DNA from: Bacteroidota bacterium | Lineage (GTDB): Bacteria; Bacteroidota; Rhodothermia; Rhodothermales; Rubricoccaceae | Direction of reading: 5' to 3' | DNA length: 64,000 nucleotides | Assembly: GCA_012960515.1 (NCBI GenBank) | Contig: DUBD01000191.1 | Coordinates: 164 to 64,163 of the forward strand | Shown here: piece by piece, positions 11,858 to 21,916 of the stretch | How the letters are laid out: each line of letters opens with the position of its first letter | Numbering within the stretch: the stretch's first letter is position 1 | The notes under the pieces: generated by a model | Seen by the model: the letters and a program-made list of their open reading frames with translations, nothing else | Database searches by the model: none | Told to the model about the DNA's origin: nothing | Translations under genes and position numbers: made by a program

Positions 11858-12265
11858 GCGACCACCGACTCCTGCGACGTCCGCCGTGTCCACCCTGACG
11901 CGGTCGATGCTGCGCGCGCCGCGCTGGCGGCACGAGAGGGCGACCTCGACGGCGCTCGTGCGCTCTTCGCCGCGCTCGGCGACCCGACCCGGCTCCGGCT
12001 CCTCGCAGCCCTCCAGGCCGGGCCGCTCTGCACCTGCGACCTCGCGGCCACGCTCGACGTGAGCGAGTCGGCCGTGAGCCACCAACTCCGAGGCCTGCGC
12101 GCGTTGCGCTTGGTCGCGAGCGACCGCGACGGCCGCGTGGTCTACCACCGGCTCGACGACGACCACGTGGCCGCCCTCCTGGATGTCGCTGCCGAGCACG
12201 TCGCCGAAGGAGTGGTTGAGGGTGAAACGCGACCGGCCGATACTGCGTTGGCCCCCTCCGCATGA
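11849..12265 (+). CDS. ArsR/SmtB metalloregulator
   Basis: ALGDPTRLRLL, LCTCDLA, SAVSHQLRGLR, DDHV...EHV. Confidence 0.93.
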   Translation: MTQATTDSCDVRRVHPDAVDAARAALAAREGDLDGARALFAALGDPTRLRLLAALQAGPLCTCDLAATLDVSESAVSHQLRGLRALRLVASDRDGRVVYHRLDDDHVAALLDVAAEHVAEGVVEGETRPADTALAPSA

Positions 12266-12621
12266 GCACGCTCCGCCGCTTCGTTTCCCCGCTCGCCGCT
12301 CTCCTGGCGGTCTTGATCGTCGGCCAGACGACGGACCTCCTCGCGTGCGCCGACGAGTCGGTCGCGGCCGAGTCCAGCGAGACGCACGCCGACGTGCTCG
12401 CGGGCGGTGGCCACCCCGTCCCCGCGCCGGGGGACAGCCACGGGCACGACCACGAGGACGGCACCTTCGCCGACTGCTTGTGCCACGTCGTCTTCGCGCC
12501 GACGGACATCGTCCCTGCCGTCGGCGTCCGCCCGGCGGCTGGGACGCCCGCATTCGCGTACGTGGCGGACGCCCCGCCCGAGGCCGAGCCGATGGGGCTC
12601 GACCACGTCCCCCTCGCCTGA
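12262..12621 (+). CDS. Hypothetical metal-binding protein (His-rich, CLCH motif)
   Basis: ATGA overlap with arsR; signal-like N-terminus; HGHDHED..DCLCH. Resembles small proteins found before czcCBA. Confidence 0.65.
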   Translation: MSTLRRFVSPLAALLAVLIVGQTTDLLACADESVAAESSETHADVLAGGGHPVPAPGDSHGHDHEDGTFADCLCHVVFAPTDIVPAVGVRPAAGTPAFAYVADAPPEAEPMGLDHVPLA

Positions 12622-12782
12622 GGACCGTCCGCACGCCTGACGTAGGCGCGTCGAGCTAGCCGCTCGCGCCGCCCCGTGTGGACCGCCACGTCTGTTGGAG
12701 ACGTGGCCGCTACTCCGCCCCGCCCGCCCCGGTGATCCCGCCGAGGCCGTCGGGTCCCCCCCTCCGTAGCCGGTCCTCCGTC

Positions 12783-15700
12783 TTGTTCGATCGCATCGTC
12801 GCGTTCTCGCTCCGCCAGCGGGTCCTCGTTCTCTTCGCCACCGCCGGGCTCGTCGCCGCCGGGCTCTACGCCGCCACCCGGCTGCCCGTCGACGCCGTCC
12901 CCGACGTCACCAACAACCAGGTCCAGGTCCTGACGCAGGCCCCGGCCCTCAGCCCGCTCGAGGTCGAGCGGTTCGTGACGGTCCCCGTCGAGCTCGCGCT
13001 CAAGTCGCTCCCCGACCTCGTCGAGCTCCGGTCGCTCTCGCGCCAGGGGATCTCGGTCATCACCGTCGTCTTCGAGGAGGGTGTCGACACCTACTTCGCG
13101 CGCCAGCTCATCCTGGAGCAGCTGAGGGGGATCGAGTCCGAGCTGCCCCCTGGCACCGAGACGCCCGAGCTCGGGCCGGTCTCGACGGGCCTCGGCGAGG
13201 TGTTCCGGTACACGCTCCGCGACACCACCGGGCGGTACTCCCCGATGGAGCTCCGGACGATCCAGGACTGGATCGTGCGCCGCCAGCTCCTCGGGGTCCC
13301 CGGCCTCGCCGAGGTCAACTCCATCGGCGGCTACCTCAAGCAGTACCAGGTGCTCGTCGACCCCGAGCGGCTCGCGGGCTACGCGCTCACGCTCCGCGAG
13401 GTGTTCGAGGCGACGGCCGAGGCGTCGGGCAACGCGGGCGCGGCCTACATCGAGACCGGCCCGGAGCAGCTCTCCGTCCGGACCGACGGGCTCGTCCAGA
13501 GCCTCGACGACCTCCGCAACACCGTCGTCGCCACGCGCGGCGGCACGCCGGTCACGCTCGGCGACGTGGCCGAGATCGAGCTCGGCCCGGCCATCCGGTT
13601 CGGGGCCGCCACCCAGGACGGCGAGGGCGAGGTCGTAACCGGGTTCGCCTTGCAGCTCAAGGGGGCCAACGCCCGCGTCGTGGTCTCGGCCGTGAAGGAC
13701 CGGATCGCCGAGATCCAGCGGGCGCTCCCCGAGGGCGTCGAGATCGTGCCCTACTACGACCGGACGGCCCTCGTGAACCGGACCATCAAGACGGTCGGGA
13801 AGCACCTCGCCGAGGGCGCGCTCCTGGTCATCGTGGTGCTCCTGATCCTGCTCGTGAACCTCCGGGCCGGGCTCGTGCTGGCGAGCGTGATCCCGCTCGC
13901 CATGATGTTCGCCTTTATCGGGATGTGGATCACCGGGACCAGCGCGAACCTCATGAGCCTCGGCGCCATCGACTTCGGGCTCGTCGTCGACGGCTCGCTC
14001 ATCATCGTCGAGAACGTCCTGCGGCGGATCGGGGTGATGCAGAAGGAGGGCGGAAGGCTCTCGAAAGAGGCGTTCCGCGACCTCGTCTACGAGGGGACGC
14101 TCGAGGTCCGGAAGGTGGCCCAGTTCGGCGAGGTCATCATCCTCGTCGTCTACCTCCCGATCCTGTTCCTCCGGGGCATCGAGGGCAAGCTGTTCACGCC
14201 GATGGCGCTGACGGTGAGCTTCGCCCTCATCGGCGCGGTGATCCTCTCGATCACCTACGTGCCCGTCATGTGCTCGCTGGTGTTCGACCCGAGCAAGCCG
14301 GTGAAGCACTCGCCCATCGTGGACTGGCTCCACAAGGTGTACCGCCCGCTCCTCGACCGCGCGCTCGCGATGCGGGCCGTCGTGGTCGGCGGGTCGGCCG
14401 TCCTCTTCGCCATTGCCATCGCCAGCTTCGGCGGGCTGGGCGCCGAGTTCGTCCCGCGCCTGGACGAGGGCGACGTCGCCGTCCAGATCATCCGGCTCCC
14501 GAGCGTGTCGCTCACCGAGTCCGTCGAGATCGCGGGCGACGTCGAGCAGCGCCTCATGGCCTTCGACGAGGTCGAGACCGTCGTCGGCAACACGGGCCGG
14601 GCCGAGATCTCGACCGACCCGATGGGCGTCGAGATCACCGACGCCTACGTGATCCTGAAACCGAAGGACGAGTGGCCCGAGGTGGACGGCGACCGCCGGA
14701 CGAAGCCCGAGCTGGTGGAGGCGATGCAGGAGGCGGTCGAGGACGTCCCGGCCGGCGTCCAGTTCTACCAGCCCATCGAGATGCGCACCAACGAGCTCAT
14801 CGCGGGGGCGCGCGGCGACGTCGTGGTGAAGATCTTCGGCGAGAGCTACGACGAGCTCACGCCGCTCGCGGAGCAGGTCCAGGCCATCGTCCAGGAGACG
14901 CCCGGCGCGACGTCGGTCTCGATGGACCAGACGACCGGCTCGCCCCAGCTCGTCGTCCGGCCCGACCGCGCGGCGCTGGCCCGCTACGGGCTCACGGTCG
15001 AGGCCCTGAACCGGATCGTCCAGACGGCCGTCGGCGGCGCCGTCGCGAGCGAGGTGTACGAGGGCGAGCGCCGGTTCGACCTCGTCGTCCGGTTCGCCGA
15101 GGGCGCCCGGTCGAGCCCGGCCGCCGTCGAGGCCCTCCCGGTCGTGACGCCGACCGGGGCGCAGGTCCCGCTCGGCGCGCTCGCGGCCGTCGAGGTCACG
15201 TCCGGGCCGGTGTCCGTCTCGCGCGAGGAGGGCAGCCGGTTCGTCTCGGTCCAGTCGAACGTGACCGGCCGCGACCTGGCGTCGTTCGTCGAGGACGTCC
15301 AGGAGCGCGTGGCCGCCGAGGTCGCACTCCCGCCCGGCTACCGGGTCGACTACGGCGGCCAGTTCGAGAACCTCGAGGCGGCCACGGCCCGGCTCTCGCT
15401 CGTGGTCCCGCTCGCGCTCGTCCTCATCTTCGTCTTGCTGTTCCAGACGTTCGGGTCGATGCGGCTGGCGGCCATCATCTACCTCTGCGTCCCGCTCTCG
15501 GTCGTGGGCGGGGTGGGGATGCTCTACCTCCTCGGCCTCCCGTTCTCGATCTCGGCGGGCGTCGGGTTTATCGCCCTCTTCGGGATCGCCGTCTTGAACG
15601 GGCTCGTGATGGTCGGGGCCATCCGCAAGTTCGAGATCCACGGGCTCCCCCGCCGCGAGGCCGTCCTCGCCGGCGCCGACGAGCGGCTCCGCGCCGTCGT

Positions 15701-17330
15701 CACCACGGCCACGCTCGCGGGCGTCGGGTTCACGCCGATGCTCCTGGGCAGCGGCGCGGGCGCCGAGGTCCAGCGGCCGCTCGCGGCGGTCGTGATCGGC
15801 GGGCTGGTCACGAGCACGGTCCTGACGCTCTTCGTGCTCCCGACGGTCTACGCCTGGTTCGGCTCGGGGAACGCCCCCGACAAGCTCCCTGGCGCAGACG
15901 ACGTCCAGGCCGACCTCGACCGCTCGATCGACGCCGAGATCGGTTCGGACTGGGCGCCCAACGCGCCCGCCGTCCGCGAGGCCGACGCGGAGGCGCACGG
16001 CCACGACGGGCACGCAGGCGACGGCCACGACGCGCCGGAGCCGTCCGAAACCCGGCGCCGACCGGGGGCCGGACCGGCGCTCGGGCTGGTCCTCGCGCTC
16101 CTACTGGGGGCGGGGTCCGCGCGCGCCCAGGACGTGGGCGGCCCGGCCACGCCGCTCACGCTCGCCGGGGCTCTAGAGCAGGCCGAGGCCGTCGCGCCCG
16201 AGCTCTCGCTCGGGACGGCCGCCGTCGCCCGTGAGGCGGCCCGGCGCGAGAGCGCGGGCATCCTGCCCGCGACCGAGTTCTTCCTCGGCGTCGACCGCGT
16301 GCCCACCATCGACGGCGGGTTCGGCGGGACGGAGACGGCCCTCGGCGCGGCCCAGTCGTTCCGGCTGCCGCAGTACTACCGCGCCCAGCGCGGGGCGGCC
16401 GACGCGCTCCTCCGCCAGGCCGAGGTCGAGCGCAGCGCGCTCCGGCGGGGCGTCCGGCTCCGGGCCGCGCTCGCCTACGTCGAGGCCGTCGCCGCCGACG
16501 CCCGGCTCGCCCTCGCCGACTCGTCGGTGGCCGTGGCCGAAACCTTCGCGACCGCCTCCAACCGGCGGCAGGAGCTGGGCGCGGCCGGCGCGCTCGAGCC
16601 CTTGCAGGCCGAGGTCGCCCTCGCCCAGGCCGTCCGGCTCCAGGCCGAGGCCGCCGGCGAGGTCCGCCGCGCGCGGTCGGCCCTGGCGACCTATCTCGCC
16701 CGGCCCGACCCGCTCGCGCTCGCCGACGCGCTCCCCGAGGCGACGGCGGCCGACCTCCCCGACCTCGACGCCCTCGCGGCGACGGGCGCGCTCGACTCGC
16801 TCCTCGTCGCGGCCAACCCCCGGCTCCAGGCGGCCGAGGCCGCCGTCCGCGTCGCCGAGGCCGAGGCCCGCGCCGTCCGCACCGAGCGGCTCCCGTCGTT
16901 CGGGGCCGAGGCCGCGCTCCAGACCGAGGGCGGCGCCGTCGGCTTCCTCGGGGGCCGCGTCGGCGTGGCCGTCCCGCTCGCCCGGCTCGCCAACGACGCG
17001 CCCGACCGGGCGGCCCAGTCGGCCGTCGAGGTGGCCCGCTTCGAGCGCGATCGGCTCTTGGTCGGGCTCGCGGCCGACCTCCGCCAGCGCGTGGCCTCGC
17101 TCCGGGCGGCCGTCGCCCAGGTCGCCCTCTACCGCGACCGGCTCGTGCCCCAGGCCGAGCGGGCCTACGCCATCGCCATCCGGCTCCGCCGCGAGGGGGC
17201 CGCGAGCTACCTCGAGGTCCTGCAAGCACAGACGGCCCTGATCGAGACGCGGGCCGACGCGCTCGACGCCCGCGCGAACGCCGTCCGCTTCCGCACCGAG
17301 GCCGACGCCCTCCTCAACCCCGACTTCTAG
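12783..17330 (+). CDS. czcA: CzcA/CusA heavy-metal RND transporter fused to C-terminal TolC-like outer membrane factor
   Basis: TTG start MFDRIVAFSLRQR; LPVDAVPDVT, GAIDFGLVVDGS, QRPLAAVVIGG. After a linker comes an OEP-like helical domain of about 400 aa. Confidence 0.93.
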   Translation: MFDRIVAFSLRQRVLVLFATAGLVAAGLYAATRLPVDAVPDVTNNQVQVLTQAPALSPLEVERFVTVPVELALKSLPDLVELRSLSRQGISVITVVFEEGVDTYFARQLILEQLRGIESELPPGTETPELGPVSTGLGEVFRYTLRDTTGRYSPMELRTIQDWIVRRQLLGVPGLAEVNSIGGYLKQYQVLVDPERLAGYALTLREVFEATAEASGNAGAAYIETGPEQLSVRTDGLVQSLDDLRNTVVATRGGTPVTLGDVAEIELGPAIRFGAATQDGEGEVVTGFALQLKGANARVVVSAVKDRIAEIQRALPEGVEIVPYYDRTALVNRTIKTVGKHLAEGALLVIVVLLILLVNLRAGLVLASVIPLAMMFAFIGMWITGTSANLMSLGAIDFGLVVDGSLIIVENVLRRIGVMQKEGGRLSKEAFRDLVYEGTLEVRKVAQFGEVIILVVYLPILFLRGIEGKLFTPMALTVSFALIGAVILSITYVPVMCSLVFDPSKPVKHSPIVDWLHKVYRPLLDRALAMRAVVVGGSAVLFAIAIASFGGLGAEFVPRLDEGDVAVQIIRLPSVSLTESVEIAGDVEQRLMAFDEVETVVGNTGRAEISTDPMGVEITDAYVILKPKDEWPEVDGDRRTKPELVEAMQEAVEDVPAGVQFYQPIEMRTNELIAGARGDVVVKIFGESYDELTPLAEQVQAIVQETPGATSVSMDQTTGSPQLVVRPDRAALARYGLTVEALNRIVQTAVGGAVASEVYEGERRFDLVVRFAEGARSSPAAVEALPVVTPTGAQVPLGALAAVEVTSGPVSVSREEGSRFVSVQSNVTGRDLASFVEDVQERVAAEVALPPGYRVDYGGQFENLEAATARLSLVVPLALVLIFVLLFQTFGSMRLAAIIYLCVPLSVVGGVGMLYLLGLPFSISAGVGFIALFGIAVLNGLVMVGAIRKFEIHGLPRREAVLAGADERLRAVVTTATLAGVGFTPMLLGSGAGAEVQRPLAAVVIGGLVTSTVLTLFVLPTVYAWFGSGNAPDKLPGADDVQADLDRSIDAEIGSDWAPNAPAVREADAEAHGHDGHAGDGHDAPEPSETRRRPGAGPALGLVLALLLGAGSARAQDVGGPATPLTLAGALEQAEAVAPELSLGTAAVAREAARRESAGILPATEFFLGVDRVPTIDGGFGGTETALGAAQSFRLPQYYRAQRGAADALLRQAEVERSALRRGVRLRAALAYVEAVAADARLALADSSVAVAETFATASNRRQELGAAGALEPLQAEVALAQAVRLQAEAAGEVRRARSALATYLARPDPLALADALPEATAADLPDLDALAATGALDSLLVAANPRLQAAEAAVRVAEAEARAVRTERLPSFGAEAALQTEGGAVGFLGGRVGVAVPLARLANDAPDRAAQSAVEVARFERDRLLVGLAADLRQRVASLRAAVAQVALYRDRLVPQAERAYAIAIRLRREGAASYLEVLQAQTALIETRADALDARANAVRFRTEADALLNPDF

Positions 17331-17334
17331 ACCC

Positions 17335-17589
17335 ATGCCCCGCTTCCTCCTGCTCCTCGCCCTTCTCGCCGCCCCGCTCGCCGGGTGCGGCTCCGACGCC
17401 GACCATAGCGGCGACGCGCACGCGGGCGAGCCCGCCGCCGCCCACGGCTCCCACCCCGGCGACGAGCACGCCGACGACGACCACGAGGTCGGCGACCACG
17501 CCGCGGGCGTCGCCCCCGGCCGGACCGCCGACGACCACTCCGACGAGCACGCCGACGACGACCACGGGTCGCCCGACCGCTCTTACTAG
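17335..17589 (+). CDS. Small His/Asp-rich lipoprotein
   Basis: LAGC lipobox followed by multiple DEHADDDH repeats. Confidence 0.7.
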   Translation: MPRFLLLLALLAAPLAGCGSDADHSGDAHAGEPAAAHGSHPGDEHADDDHEVGDHAAGVAPGRTADDHSDEHADDDHGSPDRSY

Positions 17590-17622
17590 CCCCGTTCCCC
17601 GACCCACGGGACCCCAACTCCG

Positions 17623-18849
17623 ATGAACCGACTCCCTCTCTATTCCCTCCTCTTGCTCCTTGCCGCCCCGCTGGCGGGCTGCGGCTCGGACTCCGAAGCG
17701 GCCTCCGGCGAGGACGACCACGCGGGCGAGGCCCCAGGCGCCCACGCCGACGAGGGCGCTGGCGAAGGCGCCGAAGACGAGCACGGCGACGAGCTCACGC
17801 TGACCGCCGAGCAGGCCGCCGCGACCGAGATCGAGACCGAGACCGTCCGGGCCTCGGCGCTCGCGGCCGAGGTCCGCGTCCCGGCTCGGATCGTCCCAAC
17901 CGAGACGGGCCAGGCCCAGGTCGGCGCGCTCGTGGACGGCCGCGTCGTCCGGCTCCTCGCCGCCGAGGGCCAGGCCGTCCGCCGCGGCGCGGCCGTCGCC
18001 GTCATCGAGAGCCCCGAGGTGGCCCGGCTTCAGGGCGAGTACCTCCGGGCGCAGGCCCGCGTCACGCAGGCCCGCCAGCAGCGCGACCGGAGCCAGCAGC
18101 TCGCCGCCGAGGACCTCATCTCGCAGACGCTCCTGGAACAGGCCGTCGCCGACGCCCAGGCGGCGGAGGCGGAGGCTGCCGCGCTCGCGGGCGAGATCCG
18201 CGCCGAGGGCGGGTCGGCGCCGGGCCATCCGGGCGCCGTCTCGGGCCGCGTCACGGTCACGTCGCCCATCTCGGGCGTCGTCTCCGAGCGCCAGGCCGAG
18301 CTGGGCGCCTTCGTCCAGGCCGCCGCCCCGCTCTACGAGGTCGTCGCGCCGGGCCAGGTCTACGCCGACGCGAGCGTGGACCCCGACCTCGCCTCGTCCA
18401 TCCGCTCCGGCGACGCCGCCGTCATCGAGGCGCCGGGCGGGCGGCGGTTCCGCGGCGTCGTCCAGTTCGTCGGCGCCGAGGTCGCGGGCGAGACGCGGAC
18501 GGCGACGGTCCGGCTCCGCGTGACGAACGCGACGGCCGAGCTCCGGCCCGAGACGTTCGTGACGGTCGTGTTCGACGTCGAGGCCGGCGAGGGCGCCGAG
18601 GCCGGGCGGACGGCGATCACCGTCCCGACGGAGGCCGTCGACCGCGAGGGCGGCGACGCCTACGTCTGGGTCCCGGTCGAGGGCGAGCCCCGGACGTACG
18701 CCCGCCGGGCCGTCCGGCTCGGGGAGGCGACCGGCGACCGCGTCGAGGTCCTCTCGGGGCTCGAGCCCGGCGAGACCGTGGTGACGGCGGGGGTCTTCGC
18801 GCTCAAGAGCTTCCAGAGCCGCGGCGAGCTCACAGAACACGACCACTAA
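17623..18849 (+). CDS. czcB: RND periplasmic adaptor (CzcB-like lipoprotein)
   Basis: LAGC lipobox, biotinyl-lipoyl-like halves, SPISGVV, VEVLSGL. Confidence 0.92.
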   Translation: MNRLPLYSLLLLLAAPLAGCGSDSEAASGEDDHAGEAPGAHADEGAGEGAEDEHGDELTLTAEQAAATEIETETVRASALAAEVRVPARIVPTETGQAQVGALVDGRVVRLLAAEGQAVRRGAAVAVIESPEVARLQGEYLRAQARVTQARQQRDRSQQLAAEDLISQTLLEQAVADAQAAEAEAAALAGEIRAEGGSAPGHPGAVSGRVTVTSPISGVVSERQAELGAFVQAAAPLYEVVAPGQVYADASVDPDLASSIRSGDAAVIEAPGGRRFRGVVQFVGAEVAGETRTATVRLRVTNATAELRPETFVTVVFDVEAGEGAEAGRTAITVPTEAVDREGGDAYVWVPVEGEPRTYARRAVRLGEATGDRVEVLSGLEPGETVVTAGVFALKSFQSRGELTEHDH

Positions 18850-18853
18850 ACCG

Positions 18854-19627
18854 ATGAAGCGGACTACCACCCTCCTCCTGGCTGCCGCGGGCGGCGCGCT
18901 CCTCTGGCGCCGCGCCCGGCGCTCGGCCGACGACCCCGACGGGGGCGTCCTCGACGCCGACGAGGCCCGCGCGCTCTACGACCGCCTCGCGCCCGTCTAC
19001 GACGGCGTCGCGGGCGCCTACGCGCTCCTCGGCGCCCGGCGGCTCCACAACCGCGCCGTCGGGGCGCTCCGCCTCCGGCCGGGCGACACCGCCGTCAGCC
19101 TGGGCTGCGGGACCGGCCCGAACCTCGGACCGCTCGCCCGCGCCGTCGGCCTGACCGGCCGCGTCGTCGGCGTGGACCTCTCGGCGGCGATGCTGGCTCA
19201 GGCCCGCGACCGCGTCCGCCGCCTCGGCCTCGATAACGTCGAGCTGGTCCGGGCCGACGTCCGCGAGTTCGCGTTCCCCGAAGGGCTGGACGGGGTCCTC
19301 GCCGTGTTCGCGCTCGAGATGGTCCCGGACTACGACGCCGTCGTCGAGCGGGCCGTCGCCGCGCTCCGGCCCGGCGGGCGGATCGCCGTCTCCGGGCTCC
19401 GCCGGCCCGACGGATGGCCCGAGTGGGCCGTCCGGCTCGGCGAGCTCGTCAACCGGCCGTTCGGGGTGAGCCGGGCCTACGAGTCGTTCCGACCGTGGGA
19501 GGCCGTCCGCCGCCACGCCCGCGAGGTCGCGTACCGCGAGGCCGTGCTCGGCGCCGTCTACCTCTCCGTCGGCGAGGCGCCGTCTCCGGACGGTCCGCCC
19601 CGCCAACACCCCGAACCGTACGCATGA
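18854..19627 (+). CDS. Class I SAM-dependent methyltransferase
   Basis: SLGCGTG motif I, VGVDLSAAML, ADVRE. Confidence 0.88.
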   Translation: MKRTTTLLLAAAGGALLWRRARRSADDPDGGVLDADEARALYDRLAPVYDGVAGAYALLGARRLHNRAVGALRLRPGDTAVSLGCGTGPNLGPLARAVGLTGRVVGVDLSAAMLAQARDRVRRLGLDNVELVRADVREFAFPEGLDGVLAVFALEMVPDYDAVVERAVAALRPGGRIAVSGLRRPDGWPEWAVRLGELVNRPFGVSRAYESFRPWEAVRRHAREVAYREAVLGAVYLSVGEAPSPDGPPRQHPEPYA

Positions 19628-20679
19628 GCACCTGGGTCTGGGGAACCGTCTTGCTGGTGGCCGCGACGGTCTCTCACTGGGGGGCCGAGCGCCTCGCCAA
19701 GCCGCTGCACAAGCTGACCCGCCAGTGGGGGCTCACGGCGGCGGCGGGCGGCGCGCTCGTCGCCCTCGTCACGGCCGGCTCCGAGATCGGGATCAACACC
19801 ACGAGCGCGCTCCGCGACGTGACCGACATCGGGCTCGGGATGTCGCTCGGGTCCAACGTGCTCGCCATCCCGCTCACCGTGACGGTGGTCTACCTGGCGA
19901 CGCGCAAGCGGCGGCTCGGAGAGGAAGAGGGCTCCGACGACTCGGGCTCCGACGACTCGGGCTCAGGCAGCGAGGCGGGAGAGGGTGCCGACGAGCACCG
20001 CCGCCACGTCGAAAACCACTTCCTCCCCGTCGCGAAGGAGACGGTCACTGTGCTCACGCTGCCCTACTTCGGGCTGCTCGCGCTCGTGGCCGTGCTCACG
20101 CTACCGGCGCCCTGGCGCGGGCTCCAACCCATCGACGCCGTGTTCCTCCTCGCCGGGTACGCCCTCTACCTCGCGCAGGCGCTCAAACGCGGAAAGGAGG
20201 AGGGCGAGAAGGGCTCGTGGTCGCGCAAGGAGGTCGCGCTGGCGGTGGCCGGCGTGGCCGCGATGGGCGTGGGGGCCTACTTCGTCGTCCGCGCCAGCGA
20301 GAACATCGCCTCGGGCCTCGGGCTCTCCGAGATCGTCACGGGCCTGTTCATCACGGCCCTCGCCACGGCGCTCCCGGAGCTGTTCGGGGCGTGGAGCATC
20401 GCCCGGAGCGGGCAGGTCACGGCGGCCACGTCGAGCGTGATCGGCGACCACGCCGTCACGATGACCGTCGCCCTCGTCCCGCTCGCCCTGGTCACGCTCC
20501 CGATCGAGGACCTCCGGCTCTTCTCGGTGAACCTCGCCTTCGTCGCCCTCCTCCCGGCGGTCTACGCCGCGCTCATCCACTGGGGCAGCGACGAGCACGG
20601 GTTCACGAGGGGGCAGGTCGTCGCCCTCGACGCCACGTACCTCGTCTACCTCGCCGTCATGTTCCTGTGGGTCCTCTGA
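19624..20679 (+). CDS. Sodium:calcium exchanger (CaCA) family protein
   Basis: ATGA overlap; alpha repeats TAGSEI...GSNV and ATALPEL...GDH. Confidence 0.85.
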   Translation: MSTWVWGTVLLVAATVSHWGAERLAKPLHKLTRQWGLTAAAGGALVALVTAGSEIGINTTSALRDVTDIGLGMSLGSNVLAIPLTVTVVYLATRKRRLGEEEGSDDSGSDDSGSGSEAGEGADEHRRHVENHFLPVAKETVTVLTLPYFGLLALVAVLTLPAPWRGLQPIDAVFLLAGYALYLAQALKRGKEEGEKGSWSRKEVALAVAGVAAMGVGAYFVVRASENIASGLGLSEIVTGLFITALATALPELFGAWSIARSGQVTAATSSVIGDHAVTMTVALVPLALVTLPIEDLRLFSVNLAFVALLPAVYAALIHWGSDEHGFTRGQVVALDATYLVYLAVMFLWVL

Positions 20680-20693
20680 CCCCACCTCCACCC

Positions 20694-21506
20694 GTGAACC
20701 GGACCGCCTACCACGTCGAGAAGATGGACTGCGCCGCCGAGGAGCGGCTCGTCCGCATGGCGCTGGCCGACGTCGAGGGCGTCGGCCCGCTCCGGTTCGA
20801 TCTCCCGGCTCGCCGCGTGGTCGTGGTCCACGAGGGCGACGCCGCGCCGGTCACGGACGCGCTCACGGGCCTCGGGCTCGGCGCCCGCCAGTCGGGCGAG
20901 ACGGAGTCCGCTACCGAAGCGGACCTCGTCCCCGAGACGACCGGGACCGAGGAGCGCGGCCCGCTCCGGATCGCGCTCGGCATCAACGCCACGTTCTTCG
21001 TGGTCGAGTTCACGGCCGGGTTGCTGGCGGGCTCGATGGGGCTCGTCGCCGACTCGCTCGACAACCTCGCCGACGCCCTCGTCTACGCGCTCAGCCTCGC
21101 GGCCGTCGGCGGGGCCGTGGCCCGGAAGAAACAGCTCGCTCGGTACAGCGCCTACCTCCAGGGCGGGCTCGCCGTGTTCGGGCTCGCCGAGGTGGTCCGC
21201 CGGTTCGCGGTCGGCGGCGAGGCGCCCGACGTGGCGACGATGATCGTCGTCGCGTCGCTCACACTCTTGGGCAACGTCGCAACGCTCCTGGTGCTCCGCC
21301 GGGCACGGGGGGGCAGCCCGGGCGAGGCCCACGTCGAGGCAAGCTGGATCTTTACCTCGAACGACATCAAGGTCAACGGCCTGGTCATCCTCTCGGCCCT
21401 GGTCGTCTGGGCGACCGGCTCGGCCGCGCCGGACTTGGTCGCGGGCGCGCTGGTCTTCGTCATCGTCGCGAACGGCGCCCGGCGCATCCTCGCGCTCTCG
21501 AAGTAG
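20694..21506 (+). CDS. CDF-type cation transporter with N-terminal HMA-like domain
   Basis: GTG start; KMDCAAEE HMA-like motif; SMGLVADSLDNLAD; WIFTSND. Confidence 0.85.
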   Translation: MNRTAYHVEKMDCAAEERLVRMALADVEGVGPLRFDLPARRVVVVHEGDAAPVTDALTGLGLGARQSGETESATEADLVPETTGTEERGPLRIALGINATFFVVEFTAGLLAGSMGLVADSLDNLADALVYALSLAAVGGAVARKKQLARYSAYLQGGLAVFGLAEVVRRFAVGGEAPDVATMIVVASLTLLGNVATLLVLRRARGGSPGEAHVEASWIFTSNDIKVNGLVILSALVVWATGSAAPDLVAGALVFVIVANGARRILALSK

Positions 21507-21526
21507 GCCCCGTTCCCCACTACCCC

Positions 21527-21916
21527 ATGTACGAGCTCCTTCCTCAGACCCAGAACGACGTCCTCGGCGTCCGCCTCGGCGGCGCCCTCACCGGCGACGA
21601 CTTCCGGGCGCTCCAGGCGGCCCTCCAGCGGGCGAGCCGGGACGGGCCGGTCCACCTCCTCGTCCTCGCCGACGACCACCACGGCCCGGCCGAGCCCGGG
21701 GCGGCGTGGGCCGACCCCGCCGACGCGCCGGCCCGGCCCGTCGCCGTGGGGCGGCTGGCCCTCGTCGGCGACGGCGAGTGGCACACGTGGACGGCGTGGC
21801 TCGACCGGCTCCTCGCCCCGGACGCCGTCCGGTCATTCTCCGAGGTCCTGCTCGCCGAGGCGTGGGTCTGGGTCCGAGACGGCGACGCCCCTCCCTCTCG
21901 ACCCCCGAAGCCGTGA
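21527..21916 (+). CDS. SpoIIAA-like (STAS/SEC14) protein
   Basis: VLGVRLGGALTGDDF...RLALVGD...W..AWVW pattern. Confidence 0.7.
   Translation: MYELLPQTQNDVLGVRLGGALTGDDFRALQAALQRASRDGPVHLLVLADDHHGPAEPGAAWADPADAPARPVAVGRLALVGDGEWHTWTAWLDRLLAPDAVRSFSEVLLAEAWVWVRDGDAPPSRPPKP

Noticed and set aside
11571-16028. 1485-aa minus-strand ORF
   Set aside because: Antisense shadow of czcA.
19931-19965. 15-bp tandem repeat (GSDDS x2) in the CaCA gene
   Set aside because: In-frame loop expansion with no evident consequence.
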